Shown: in pieces, positions 19,827 through 28,755 of the stretch
How positions within the stretch are numbered: position 1 is the first letter of the stretch
Layout of the letters: every line of letters begins with the position of its first letter
Origin: an uncultured bacterium
Lineage (GTDB): Bacteria; Acidobacteriota; Thermoanaerobaculia; Multivoradales; JAHZIX01
Length of the DNA: 64,000 nt
Direction of reading: 5' to 3'
NCBI GenBank assembly: GCA_965368975.1
Contig: CBDUPA010000003.1
Coordinates: forward strand, 224,001-288,000
The notes under the pieces: generated by a model
The model's input: the letters and a program-made list of their open reading frames with translations, nothing else
What the model was told of the DNA's origin: nothing
The model's database searches: none
Translations under genes and position numbers: made by a program

Positions 19827-20573
19827 TTGCAAAAGACTGTGAAGCACGATTATCAAGCCTGGCTTCTTCCCGAGAACGTACTAGGCGCCATTCAGACACT
19901 AGCGTTAATCTTTGCTGGGATGTGGGGTATTTTTATTTTCGTGAAGTTCGAAGAGGCGGAAAGATCTCTTCAGGCGGAGTTACTGAAAAGTCAAAATTCT
20001 CAGGCAGAACTCTCTCAGCAGATCGCGTCGTTGGAACTCCTGCAGCAGGAGAATCAGGTGCGCACAATGCAAAGTGCACGGCATGCCATAGATCAGAGTA
20101 TCGAGATTCAAACCATTGAGAGTGAAGAAGAGCGGAATACCTATCTTGTGACATATGAGTATGCAGTCTACAATACGGGGGACTCAGCCATTGAAGTTAC
20201 CTATATAGTTGTTTATGCATACATCTTTGATAACTTCTTTTTGGCGCCTATGCGGGCGATGGAGGTGCCTAGATTTGGTACTGAACTAGGGTCTGGATGG
20301 GAGCCGATTCTCGATAAGGGGTATTACTATGGTCCTCACTGGAAAGAAGGAATGACCTTTGTCTCGAAGCAGGGAGGAAGAGCAGAATTTCTGAAGGGTG
20401 GCGGAGGTACCTCAGAACTTGACCCTTCAGAACGGTCTGTGGGTGATGTTCAGCTGCTGATTAGGGCTGAGCCTGGTAGTATCATCGGATTCGAAGCAGT
20501 GATCGGTATCAATGGAGGGAAGGACCCCGTTGACCGATTGCATTTGAGAGATAAGGCGCTCCTCTTGGAGTGA
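19827..20573 (+). CDS. Hypothetical membrane-anchored protein (TM + coiled coil + beta-rich domain)
   Basis: AAGGAG RBS before TTG; one N-terminal TM, Gln/Glu coiled coil; long ORF in AT-richer DNA. Confidence 0.65.
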   Translation: MQKTVKHDYQAWLLPENVLGAIQTLALIFAGMWGIFIFVKFEEAERSLQAELLKSQNSQAELSQQIASLELLQQENQVRTMQSARHAIDQSIEIQTIESEEERNTYLVTYEYAVYNTGDSAIEVTYIVVYAYIFDNFFLAPMRAMEVPRFGTELGSGWEPILDKGYYYGPHWKEGMTFVSKQGGRAEFLKGGGGTSELDPSERSVGDVQLLIRAEPGSIIGFEAVIGINGGKDPVDRLHLRDKALLLE

Positions 20574-20602
20574 GGAGATCACTGCCATTTTGAAGGGAGA
20601 AT

Positions 20603-20899
20603 GTGTTGTTAAAACCACCTTGGCGACCAGTGAAGCTGACTCTTGGGCTTGTCTTCGTGGGATTGTGTGCGGGTTGCGGAGGGAGCACACTAGAACAGGG
20701 AACGAGTTCAGGTGAAGCAGTTGAAGTGACATCAGAGTCAATTGAAGAAGCAGCGGAAGACACTGCAGATGAGGCAGTGGGCGCTGCAGATGAGGTAGAG
20801 GACGCTGCAGATGAGGCAGAGGACGCTGCAGATGAGGCAGAGGACGCCTCTACGGATGCAGAGGAAGGCACTGGAGGACCCGATCCAATAGGTAGCTGA
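20603..20899 (+). CDS. Putative small acidic lipoprotein
   Basis: Hydrophobic signal and lipobox-like CAGC, followed by AADEAED repeats. Confidence 0.5.
   Translation: MLLKPPWRPVKLTLGLVFVGLCAGCGGSTLEQGTSSGEAVEVTSESIEEAAEDTADEAVGAADEVEDAADEAEDAADEAEDASTDAEEGTGGPDPIGS
20763..20846 (+). repeat. 21-bp coding tandem repeat, four copies (ctgcagatgaggcagaggacg)
   Basis: Units start at 20763, 20784, 20805 and 20826 with few mismatches. Confidence 0.9.
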
Positions 20900-20999
20900 T
20901 GCGGACGTGCACTGACTCGAGGTTGAGCTTCAGGCTTGTGCCATTGGAATTGCTGTTCGTTCTTCGCCGAGTTGCGTGACCTGTGCATACTGAAGTCAT

Positions 21000-22508
21000 T
21001 TAGGCCGGTTCGAAGCAGGCGTGGAATCCTAGCCGCACCGGCTTCGGTAGCGGCAAGCGTGCTACTGGCCCGGCCGCGACGTCGAAGGCGTCGAACAGCA
21101 GGAAAGCACCCGTACCTGTCTCGGCGGCGAATTCTTGGATCAAGATCAGGCCTTCGTCCGTCTTCTCGGGATGCGGCAGGAACGTCGGTTCACCGCCCAG
21201 GTAGCACTTGGGCGGAGCTTGCCAGAAGCCAGCGGCGCCGCCGCTCGACTTGAGCTTGGGCGTGTCCTTCCAGCTCAGGTGCACGAGACGATCAAAGAAC
21301 TTCCGTCCCGGCTTCGCTGTGTGCGACAGGGCGAGGACCCAGAAGTCGTCATAGGGTTGTTCCAGACGCCGTGGATCGATGTGCGGGAAGTCGCACATCA
21401 GGTCGTGGCCCAGTTCTCGACGCTCGACCAGCTCACCGGCTCTGGGATCGAGTACGAAGCGCACCGGCCGTGCATGGCGGACGTCTTCGAACAGGTGATC
21501 GGGGACGCCGTACTGGTCGTAGACGGGGCGTTCGAGTTCGATCACGTCGACCACCAGGTAGGTCTTCTCTCCATCGCGACGCTCGAAGCTGTTGACCAGG
21601 TGCAGGCAGTAGCGGTCGCCCAGTTCGACCTCGCAAAGGGCGCTACCGTCGTCGCGGCGGGCGATCAGTAGCTTGCTGCCGAGCGGTTGGGTTTGACCTT
21701 CGAGCGTGGGCCGCCAAGTCAGGGCATCCATCAGCGTCGCCTGGCTGCCCATCAGCGCGTCCATGTCGAGCACGTAGGGACTCAGATAGATCACCAGGTG
21801 GTGCGGCGCCAGGGCGAAGTCGTGCACCGAGCGCGGAGCATCGAGAGGCAAGCGCTGACGGTAGATCGACGCGCCCTGGGCATCGAAACGGTAGACATGC
21901 ACGCACGGTCGGCGAGCGGCGAAAGAAACGCCGAAGTTGAACAGCTCGCCGCTCTGGCCGTCGATCTTCGGGTGCGCCGAGAAGGGGCTGATGGCGTTCA
22001 GGCGGCCGTCGAAGGTGAAGACCTCTTTGGTCTCGAGGGTCTCTGGATCCAGTTCCCAGGGTAGGCCTTGTTCGCCAAAGGCCAGCAGCGTGCCGGCTGC
22101 CGGGTAGATGCTGACGTTGAGCGGGGACTCGAGACCGATCCCGTGCTTGAGCTGGTCGTCCTCGAAGGCGGTGCCGAAGGTGCGGTACAGCGCGTGTCCG
22201 GCGGCGTCTTCGTCGCGCACCTTGGTGCCGTGGACGAAGCGGTGGGTGAAGCGGACACGATCCTGCGTTCCGTTGCCGGTACCGGCGCTGCCGCCAAAAC
22301 GCAAACGGCTGACCTGGCCGTCACCATCCAGCCAATGTCCATAGCGCTGGGTGCCACGGCGAAACCGCGCAGGGCCGTTGAGGTAGTAGTTCCCGCGCAG
22401 CCAGGACGGAATGTCTCCTTCGATCTCGGTCAACTCCAGGTCGCCTTCCCACAATTCGAGGTCGAAGGCGCGTTCGAGCAGGGGAGCGTGGTCGGCGTTG
22501 GGCATCAT
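21000..22508 (-). CDS. Carotenoid oxygenase / RPE65-family non-heme iron dioxygenase
   Basis: GDIPSWLRG.YYLNGP, HWLDGDG, four His ligands (SAHPK, VHDF, LHLVN, GFHA), DFP, GEP.F. Confidence 0.9.
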   Translation of the reverse strand: MMPNADHAPLLERAFDLELWEGDLELTEIEGDIPSWLRGNYYLNGPARFRRGTQRYGHWLDGDGQVSRLRFGGSAGTGNGTQDRVRFTHRFVHGTKVRDEDAAGHALYRTFGTAFEDDQLKHGIGLESPLNVSIYPAAGTLLAFGEQGLPWELDPETLETKEVFTFDGRLNAISPFSAHPKIDGQSGELFNFGVSFAARRPCVHVYRFDAQGASIYRQRLPLDAPRSVHDFALAPHHLVIYLSPYVLDMDALMGSQATLMDALTWRPTLEGQTQPLGSKLLIARRDDGSALCEVELGDRYCLHLVNSFERRDGEKTYLVVDVIELERPVYDQYGVPDHLFEDVRHARPVRFVLDPRAGELVERRELGHDLMCDFPHIDPRRLEQPYDDFWVLALSHTAKPGRKFFDRLVHLSWKDTPKLKSSGGAAGFWQAPPKCYLGGEPTFLPHPEKTDEGLILIQEFAAETGTGAFLLFDAFDVAAGPVARLPLPKPVRLGFHACFEPA

Positions 22509-22516
22509 CGTTCTCC

Positions 22517-24382
22517 TCAGGTGGAGCGGAAGCGGTCGAGGACGGTCGGGTCGAGTTGCCAGGCATGAGCCCGGCCATCGGCGTGGTCGACAGCCAGAGC
22601 CGCCCAGGTCTCGGGCATGAAGTCCAGCGCGTCGAGATCGAGGGATGCGACGAAGCCGGCGTCGCTGCGCAGCTCGGGTCGTTCGAGCACCACCGAGGCC
22701 ACGTGGGCGGCGAGAAAGCGGGCGAACTCTTCGAGGCTGGTGAGCTGGGCATCGAGCACCCGGCGGGCCTCATCCGCGTCGACGCCGACCTCATAGAAGG
22801 TCGTTTCGGCGCGGCGCAGCGGTGCCAGGTCCATGAAATCGAAAAAACACGGCTCCCCGCGACCGGCGCCCGGGTGTGCGCGCTCGCTCTTCCATTGGAA
22901 GAAGCCGCTGAGCAGGCGCTGGACGCCGTGGTTGGTCGGGCCCAGGCGGGCGAAGCGGCGCAGCCAGCCGAGCGCGAAGCGGCGGTCGGTGAGCAGGTCG
23001 TTGATGAAGGGGAAGACGTAGTAGGCGAAGTAGACGGTCAGCTCCCAGGTGTACTTGAGGCTGAAGGCTTCCTGGTCGCCGAGGGCGTCATAGCTGACGG
23101 TGTACGTCGGTTCGTAGGCGGCGTAGACGCCGCGCATCAACTGCTCCGAGAGCGAGCACTTGTCAGCCAGGCGCTGGCGGCCGGCTTGGTCCGTCGTGTC
23201 GGTCTCAATGGCATCGACGATCAACGTGTTGTAGACGGAGATCAGGTCACTGCCGGGACTATAGAGCGGGTCGCTGAAGCGCCCGGCCTCACCCGCCAGC
23301 GCCCAGCGTCGCGGGTGGAGGGTCTGCTCGCAGTCGTAGGAGAAGTCCTTGTAGCCACCGAAATCGACCACGTTCCGCCGCGGTAGATCGTGGGCGAAAC
23401 AGGGGAAGCGCTCGCACACCCAGGCGGTTGCCTTGTCGACGGTGAAGACGTCGCGGTAGTCGACCACCGCCTTGTCGAAGACCAGGCCGAGGCTGGTCTT
23501 GCCCTGCAGCGGGATGACCCAGAACCACAGCCCCTCGTCCATGAAGTGGTTGGTCGCTAGCCACGCAGGAAGGTGGCCTTGGTGGCGTCGCTGAGGTTTC
23601 TTGCGGATCTCGTCGCTGCTGGCGTCGGTGAGGCGATCGACGTCGACCAGACCGTCGACCCACCAGAAGAAGGCGGCGTGGTCGATCGAATTGTCTCGCG
23701 TCAGCTTTTCCTGCTTGGCCAGCAGCTTCCGGCGGCCGGTGGTGTCGACCACCCAGCCGGCGGCGACCTCGTACTCCGGTGCGTCCGTCTCGGGCCCACC
23801 TGAGTAGGTCTTCTGCGGGTCGCCGAGACGGAAACGCAGCTCATGGTCCTGGTCGGGGTCAGCCGGCGAGGAGCCGCGGTCGAGGTCGACCTGCAACTGC
23901 TGTACGCCCAGGCGAGCCGTGAAGCGTGGATTCTGCAGATTCCGCCGGAGCAGTTCGGCCTCGAAGGTATTGCGATCGAGCTGGTAGCTGGCGATGTTGG
24001 AGAACGGCCGAATGTAGGACTGGCTGTATTCCTCGAAGCGCTGGTTGCCGGCGCCGGGTGTCTTCCAGTAGAAGCGGAGGTTGTACTTCATGAAGTGGTG
24101 CAGGAAGAGATACTCTTCCAGCTCCAGGACGCGCGAGAAGTAGTAACCGGCGAGTTGCACGCTCGACTCTCCGACTTTCTGCCGCTTTTGCGGCAGCAGG
24201 TCTCGACGCTCCAACAACAGTACGCTCTTGTTGGTCTTGAGTAGCAGGTGGCGCGCGAGGCTGAGGCCGGCCAGGCCGCCACCGAGGATCACGACGTCGT
24301 AGCGCGCCGCAAGTGCCGTGCCGTCGGCGCTCGCGTTCACCTGCTCGGCAGTGAAATCCACGACGGGTTGAGGGGAGTTCAT
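22517..24382 (-). CDS. Flavin-dependent halogenase-like protein
   Basis: GGGLAG FAD motif, KVGES, FMKYNLRF (candidate catalytic Lys), WFWVIP (WxWxIP), FSDPLYSPG; ATG 24382 overlaps upstream stop. Confidence 0.8.
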   Translation of the reverse strand: MNSPQPVVDFTAEQVNASADGTALAARYDVVILGGGLAGLSLARHLLLKTNKSVLLLERRDLLPQKRQKVGESSVQLAGYYFSRVLELEEYLFLHHFMKYNLRFYWKTPGAGNQRFEEYSQSYIRPFSNIASYQLDRNTFEAELLRRNLQNPRFTARLGVQQLQVDLDRGSSPADPDQDHELRFRLGDPQKTYSGGPETDAPEYEVAAGWVVDTTGRRKLLAKQEKLTRDNSIDHAAFFWWVDGLVDVDRLTDASSDEIRKKPQRRHQGHLPAWLATNHFMDEGLWFWVIPLQGKTSLGLVFDKAVVDYRDVFTVDKATAWVCERFPCFAHDLPRRNVVDFGGYKDFSYDCEQTLHPRRWALAGEAGRFSDPLYSPGSDLISVYNTLIVDAIETDTTDQAGRQRLADKCSLSEQLMRGVYAAYEPTYTVSYDALGDQEAFSLKYTWELTVYFAYYVFPFINDLLTDRRFALGWLRRFARLGPTNHGVQRLLSGFFQWKSERAHPGAGRGEPCFFDFMDLAPLRRAETTFYEVGVDADEARRVLDAQLTSLEEFARFLAAHVASVVLERPELRSDAGFVASLDLDALDFMPETWAALAVDHADGRAHAWQLDPTVLDRFRST

Positions 24383-25659
24383 GATGGACCTCGAGTTGCG
24401 GACGACGTCTCCGGCGAAGCCTGGCTCTCTGCAGCAGACAGCTCTTCCGCCGCGGATAGTGGCCGGTTGCGGCCGTAGGTCTCGTGCGCGTCGACGAGTT
24501 CCGAGCTGGCGATGGCACCACCCATGGACAGCTCCCCCGCCAGCGCCATGGCGACCGCGATTTCGGCGAATTTGCGTGCCTTGCCACTGCCGACGCAGTC
24601 GAGCATGCGCAGGCACTCTTGGCTGGTACCGAGCGCGGTGCCGCCGCCGACCGTGGCGATGGTGAGCGCGGGGAGGGTGACGCTGGCGTAGAGGTCACCG
24701 TCGTCGGTCAGCTCGAACACCGTGATGCCGACCGCCGCGTTGGCGATGTTGGCGACGTCCTGTCCTGTGGCGAGAAACAGCGCCGTCAGACCGTTGGCCA
24801 AGTGTCCGTTGTAGCCCAGGGCAGCCGTCTGCAAGTGCCCGATCACCGTGTGCTGCCACATGCGCACCAAGGCCTCGGGGCTTGCGTGCAGAAGGCTACG
24901 GCAGATATCCGCCGGGATGCGAGCCCCGGCGACGGCGCGCTTTCCCTTGCCTCCGGCGAACAGAGAGCCGGCAGCACGTTTCTCGGCGCTGTAGCCACTG
25001 AAGATGTAGAACTCGGGTGCGTCCAGATGGTCGCGCAGCCAGGCGCACACCGCCTCGGTGGCTTTCACCGCCATGTTCATGCCCTGCGCATCGCCGGTAG
25101 AGAACACCAGGTTGAGAATCAGCTTGCGGCCCACGGGCTGCAGCTCGATGCGTAGCAGGGCACCGTGCTGGGTGGTGGTGGCGGCGGCGGCGCGCAGTTG
25201 CTCGAGGTGCGGTGGTAAGCGCTGGGCGAAGGCGTGAGCCCGCATGGCGGTGTCGAACAGGAAGACGGGAGAGACGCGATTCTCGTCGCTGTAGAGGCGC
25301 GCTTCGGCACCGCCAGCCCGTGTCAAGGCGACCATGCCGCGCTCGTAGGAGCGCACCAGGGTACCTTCGCTGGTCGCCATGGGGACGTAGAAGACACCGT
25401 CGGCATGCTCGCCGCGCACGTGCAACGGACCGGCGACGCCGAGTGGCGTTTGTACCGAGCCGATCGGGTTCTCGATGTTGCCGCGCAGGCTCTCGCCCGC
25501 CAGCGAGCAGCGCCCGACGTGCTCCAGGCTGGCGCCTGTCTGCGCCTCGACCCACTGGCGTCGACGCTCGATGTCGGCGTCGCTGTAGCCCTGCTTGCGC
25601 AGGCGTGGGACCAACCGCGGTGCGCGCTGAGTGGGCTCTTCTCTCGTGTCGCTCGTCAT
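24379..25659 (-). CDS. Class I HMG-CoA reductase-like protein
   Basis: ENPIG, PMATSEG, DAQGMNM, GQDVAN, TVGGGT, C-terminal AH. Confidence 0.88.
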   Translation of the reverse strand: MTSDTREEPTQRAPRLVPRLRKQGYSDADIERRRQWVEAQTGASLEHVGRCSLAGESLRGNIENPIGSVQTPLGVAGPLHVRGEHADGVFYVPMATSEGTLVRSYERGMVALTRAGGAEARLYSDENRVSPVFLFDTAMRAHAFAQRLPPHLEQLRAAAATTTQHGALLRIELQPVGRKLILNLVFSTGDAQGMNMAVKATEAVCAWLRDHLDAPEFYIFSGYSAEKRAAGSLFAGGKGKRAVAGARIPADICRSLLHASPEALVRMWQHTVIGHLQTAALGYNGHLANGLTALFLATGQDVANIANAAVGITVFELTDDGDLYASVTLPALTIATVGGGTALGTSQECLRMLDCVGSGKARKFAEIAVAMALAGELSMGGAIASSELVDAHETYGRNRPLSAAEELSAAESQASPETSSATRGPS

Positions 25660-27044
25660 GATGCCTCGTCCTCACGCTGCAGAATCAGCGCACATGCGTT
25701 GCCGTCTAGGCCGAGAGCCGTGACCAAGCCTCGGCGCACGGACGTGGAGCCGGCCGGACGCTGCCGCAGGGGTTGGCAGGTCGCCTGGACCGGCAGTGGG
25801 AAGGCGTCGGGAAGCTGCTCGAGTCCATGAACGCCCGGTAGCTCTCCCTGCGCCAACGCGGTGATCAGCGCTACCGTTTGCAGGGCTGGACCGGCGCCCA
25901 AGGCTTCGCCGAGCATCGACTTGACGGCGGTCACCGGCGGTAGGGACGTGCAGGAGCGGAAGGCGAGGGCCAGCCCGGCGGCTTCGTGCTGATCGCCTGC
26001 CGGACTGCCGTTGGCCGAGCAGCTGACAGCGTCGATGTCGTCGATCTGCACTTGTGCGTCGTCGAGGGCGATGGCGATAGCACGAGCGACGGCGTCGGCG
26101 GCCGACTCGGCGTCCCGCCCGCGCGACGGATCGAAGGCGTTCCCGTGACCGACCAGTTCAGCGTGGATCTGGGCGTCGCGCTCGCGTGCCGCGGCCAGAG
26201 GTTCGAGCATCAGCAGCGCCGCTCCTTCGCCGAGTGCGAAGCCGTCCCGGCCGGTGTCGAAGGGTACCGGTCGCTGCGTCTGCGTTGCTGCTCTCTCGGC
26301 GCCTGGACCGTTCGAGGCTGATCCGCTGAGATCCGGCCCACCCGTCATGCGTCCGGTGCGCAGAAAGCCGAAGAAGGAAGGCAGGCTCAACTCCTCGGCG
26401 CCGCCTGCGAGCACGGGGCCACTGCGGCCGGAGCGCACCATTTCGGTAGCGTAGGCCAAGGCTTGCAGGCCGGACGTGCTACCGGCGCACAGCGTCGAGT
26501 TGAGGCCGCGCAGGTCGTGCCAGATGGCCGCCTGGCCGGCGGCGGCGTTGATCACGGTATTGGCGAAGTCGAGGGGCTTGGCATACTGCGGCCCGAGTTC
26601 CAACGCCCGTTTGTCGAACTGCACGATCGTGCGCACGCTGCCGAACATGGTGCCGAGGACCAGGCCGACTTCGTCCTCGGCGCGGCGCTCTGGAGTCCAG
26701 CCCGCTTGCTCGAGCGCCAGGTGTGCCGCCACCGTCGTCAGGCGTCCGGTTCGGTCGAGTGGGCGGAAGTTACGCTTGCCCAGGTAGTCGAAAGGAGAGA
26801 AGCCTTCGATCGGGGCGCCCAGTCGACCTTCGATCGCTGGGCGCAGGGCCTCCGGTAGTTCGCCGTCGTCGGGCATCTCGTGCAGCGGACGCAGCGCGCT
26901 GTTGCCGCGGCACAACGCTGCGTGGAGGGTCTCGGCGGCGTCGCCCAGCGGGCTCAGCAGGCCGATTCCGGTCACCGCCACGCGTGCGGCAGTCGGGTGG
27001 TGGACGGTGCCCGTGGTGTGCCCGTGTCGTGTGCCTTTTGACAT
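25656..27044 (-). CDS. Ketosynthase-like protein lacking catalytic residues (chain-length-factor-like)
   Basis: KS fold (VTGIG, PFD..RDG..LGEGA) but AGSTSG at the Cys loop, SANGS for HGTGT and LGE for LGH. Confidence 0.85.
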   Translation of the reverse strand: MSKGTRHGHTTGTVHHPTAARVAVTGIGLLSPLGDAAETLHAALCRGNSALRPLHEMPDDGELPEALRPAIEGRLGAPIEGFSPFDYLGKRNFRPLDRTGRLTTVAAHLALEQAGWTPERRAEDEVGLVLGTMFGSVRTIVQFDKRALELGPQYAKPLDFANTVINAAAGQAAIWHDLRGLNSTLCAGSTSGLQALAYATEMVRSGRSGPVLAGGAEELSLPSFFGFLRTGRMTGGPDLSGSASNGPGAERAATQTQRPVPFDTGRDGFALGEGAALLMLEPLAAARERDAQIHAELVGHGNAFDPSRGRDAESAADAVARAIAIALDDAQVQIDDIDAVSCSANGSPAGDQHEAAGLALAFRSCTSLPPVTAVKSMLGEALGAGPALQTVALITALAQGELPGVHGLEQLPDAFPLPVQATCQPLRQRPAGSTSVRRGLVTALGLDGNACALILQREDEAS

Positions 27045-27055
27045 CGTGGGTCCCC

Positions 27056-28294
27056 TCAGGCGGTCTTCCGAAAGAGTACGGAGGCGTTGTTGCCGCCGAA
27101 GGCGTAGGCGTTGTTCATCGCCACCTGGACGGTCACGTCGCGGGCCTCGTTGGGTACGCAGTCGAGCGGCATACAGTCTGGATCCTCCTCCTCGAAGTTC
27201 ATCGTCGGCGGGACCCGATCTTCATATGTCGCCAGGGCACAGACCGCAGCCTCGATCGCCGACGCGGCGCCCATGGTGTGCCCGAGCATGGACTTGATCG
27301 AACTCATCGGCGTCCTGCCCGCAGCGTCTCCGAAGACACGCCGTACCGCTGCACTTTCCAGGCGGTCGTTGGTCGGTGTGCCGGTGCCGTGGGCGCTGAT
27401 GTAGTCCACTTGCTCAGGACGAAGGCCGCATTCGGCGAGTGCCTTGCTCATCGCCCGTGCCGCCCCTCGACCCTCCGGGTGCGCTCCGGTCATGTGATGC
27501 GCGTCACAGGACAGGCCGTAGCCAGCAACCTCACTGTAAATCGTGGCGTCCCGTGCTACGGCACGCTCCCAGGGCTCGAGCACCAGCATGGCGGCTCCTT
27601 CACCTGGAATCATGCCCTTACGGTTGCGGTCGAAGGGTTGAACGCGCTCGGGGGCGATGGCTCCGACGCGCCAGAAGCCGGTGTAGGTGATGCGTGAGAA
27701 CGAGTCCGCACCACCTGCCAGCATGATGTCGGCGCGGCCGCTGCGCAGCACGTCGAAGGCGTGGGCGATGGCGTAGTTGCCGGCCGCGCAGGCTGCCGGG
27801 ATCATGGTGTTGACGCCCGAGAAGCCGAACTCCGCGGCCACGTAGCCCGGCACCACGTGGCAGGGGTAGAGGTTCATGAACTCCGGTCCCAACTCGGGTA
27901 GGGCCTGCGCAGCTTGGCGGTCATTGTAGTGCTCGACCTGCAGCGGTTCGCCGGAGGTCGTGCCGAGTGCCACGCCGATACGTTCGCTGCGGACGCCGTC
28001 ACCGAGATCGAGCCCGGCATCCTCGAGCGCTTGTCGCGTCGCCGCAATCGCCATCTGGGATGTGCGACCAATGTCGGCCGGATCGAGGTTGCGGACGTGC
28101 TGCGCGGCATCGAAGTCGCTGACTTCGGCGCCGCGGTCAGCGGTAAAGTTCGTGGTATCGAAGGAACGAACTGCGTGAATGCCGGAATCTCCGGCGAGCA
28201 AACGTTGCCATACCAACTGCCGACCGCTTCCCAGAGGGGTGACGAGGCCGATGCCGGTGATAGCGACGCGAGAGCAAGCGCTGCGCGTGGCCAT
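27056..28294 (-). CDS. Beta-ketoacyl-ACP synthase (FabF-like / type II PKS KS)
   Basis: Intact Cys-His-His triad: AACAAG, HGTGT, KSMLGHTMGA. Confidence 0.93.
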   Translation of the reverse strand: MATRSACSRVAITGIGLVTPLGSGRQLVWQRLLAGDSGIHAVRSFDTTNFTADRGAEVSDFDAAQHVRNLDPADIGRTSQMAIAATRQALEDAGLDLGDGVRSERIGVALGTTSGEPLQVEHYNDRQAAQALPELGPEFMNLYPCHVVPGYVAAEFGFSGVNTMIPAACAAGNYAIAHAFDVLRSGRADIMLAGGADSFSRITYTGFWRVGAIAPERVQPFDRNRKGMIPGEGAAMLVLEPWERAVARDATIYSEVAGYGLSCDAHHMTGAHPEGRGAARAMSKALAECGLRPEQVDYISAHGTGTPTNDRLESAAVRRVFGDAAGRTPMSSIKSMLGHTMGAASAIEAAVCALATYEDRVPPTMNFEEEDPDCMPLDCVPNEARDVTVQVAMNNAYAFGGNNASVLFRKTA

Positions 28295-28310
28295 GAGAAG
28301 CGAACTCGTG

Positions 28311-28583
28311 CTACGCGGCTTGCGTGTCGTCGAGGTGCTGCCGGCGAAGGGTTCCTTGCACCAGGTCGACGGCTTCTTGGACGTTCTTCAAACTCTGGAG
28401 CCGCTCTTCCGGCAAGCCGAGCTTGAACTCATAGTCGACGTCGACGGCGATCTCCAGAAGGGACAGGGAGTCGAGGTCCAGTTCGTCCTGGAACGAGGCG
28501 TTGTCCCCGATCTCTTCCGCCGGGATACCGGTGACGTTGGTGATGATCTGCTTGATTCTGCCGCGAAGTTCAGAGGCTTCCAT
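28311..28583 (-). CDS. Acyl carrier protein
   Basis: 90 aa acidic protein with LDSL phosphopantetheine site; GGAGGA RBS. Confidence 0.92.
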   Translation of the reverse strand: MEASELRGRIKQIITNVTGIPAEEIGDNASFQDELDLDSLSLLEIAVDVDYEFKLGLPEERLQSLKNVQEAVDLVQGTLRRQHLDDTQAA

Positions 28584-28669
28584 GACTTACGTTCCTCCCT
28601 GGAGGTTCAATGGATCAGGCGCTGATTTAGAAGGCATCGAAGAACTGCGGAAATTCCCGCATTGCCAGA

Positions 28670-28741
28670 ACAGTAAGTCCAACTGACGATATCTCAACCG
28701 ATTGTCGTTCGACAAGGGTCTCCAGCTGCCGTTCGACAAGG
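28670..28741 (-). promoter_or_regulatory. Putative promoter of the ACP-KS operon with upstream operator-like repeats
   Basis: Minus-strand TTGAGA(28697-28692)-N16-TACTGT(28675-28670); inverted repeat TTGTCG-TT-CGACAA at 28702-28715; CGTTCGACAAGG repeated at 28706 and 28730. Confidence 0.5.
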
Positions 28742-28755
28742 AGCAGGGTCTACGC

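Noticed and set aside
20763-20846. Repeat array as CRISPR
   Set aside because: Contiguous in-frame 21-mers without spacers, and no cas genes
19132-20999. Integron cassette array
   Set aside because: No convincing attC (RYYYAAC...GTTRRRY) structures and no integrase seen
27056-28583. Housekeeping acpP-fabF locus
   Set aside because: No fabG, fabD or plsX nearby; followed by a Cys-less KS and tailoring enzymes
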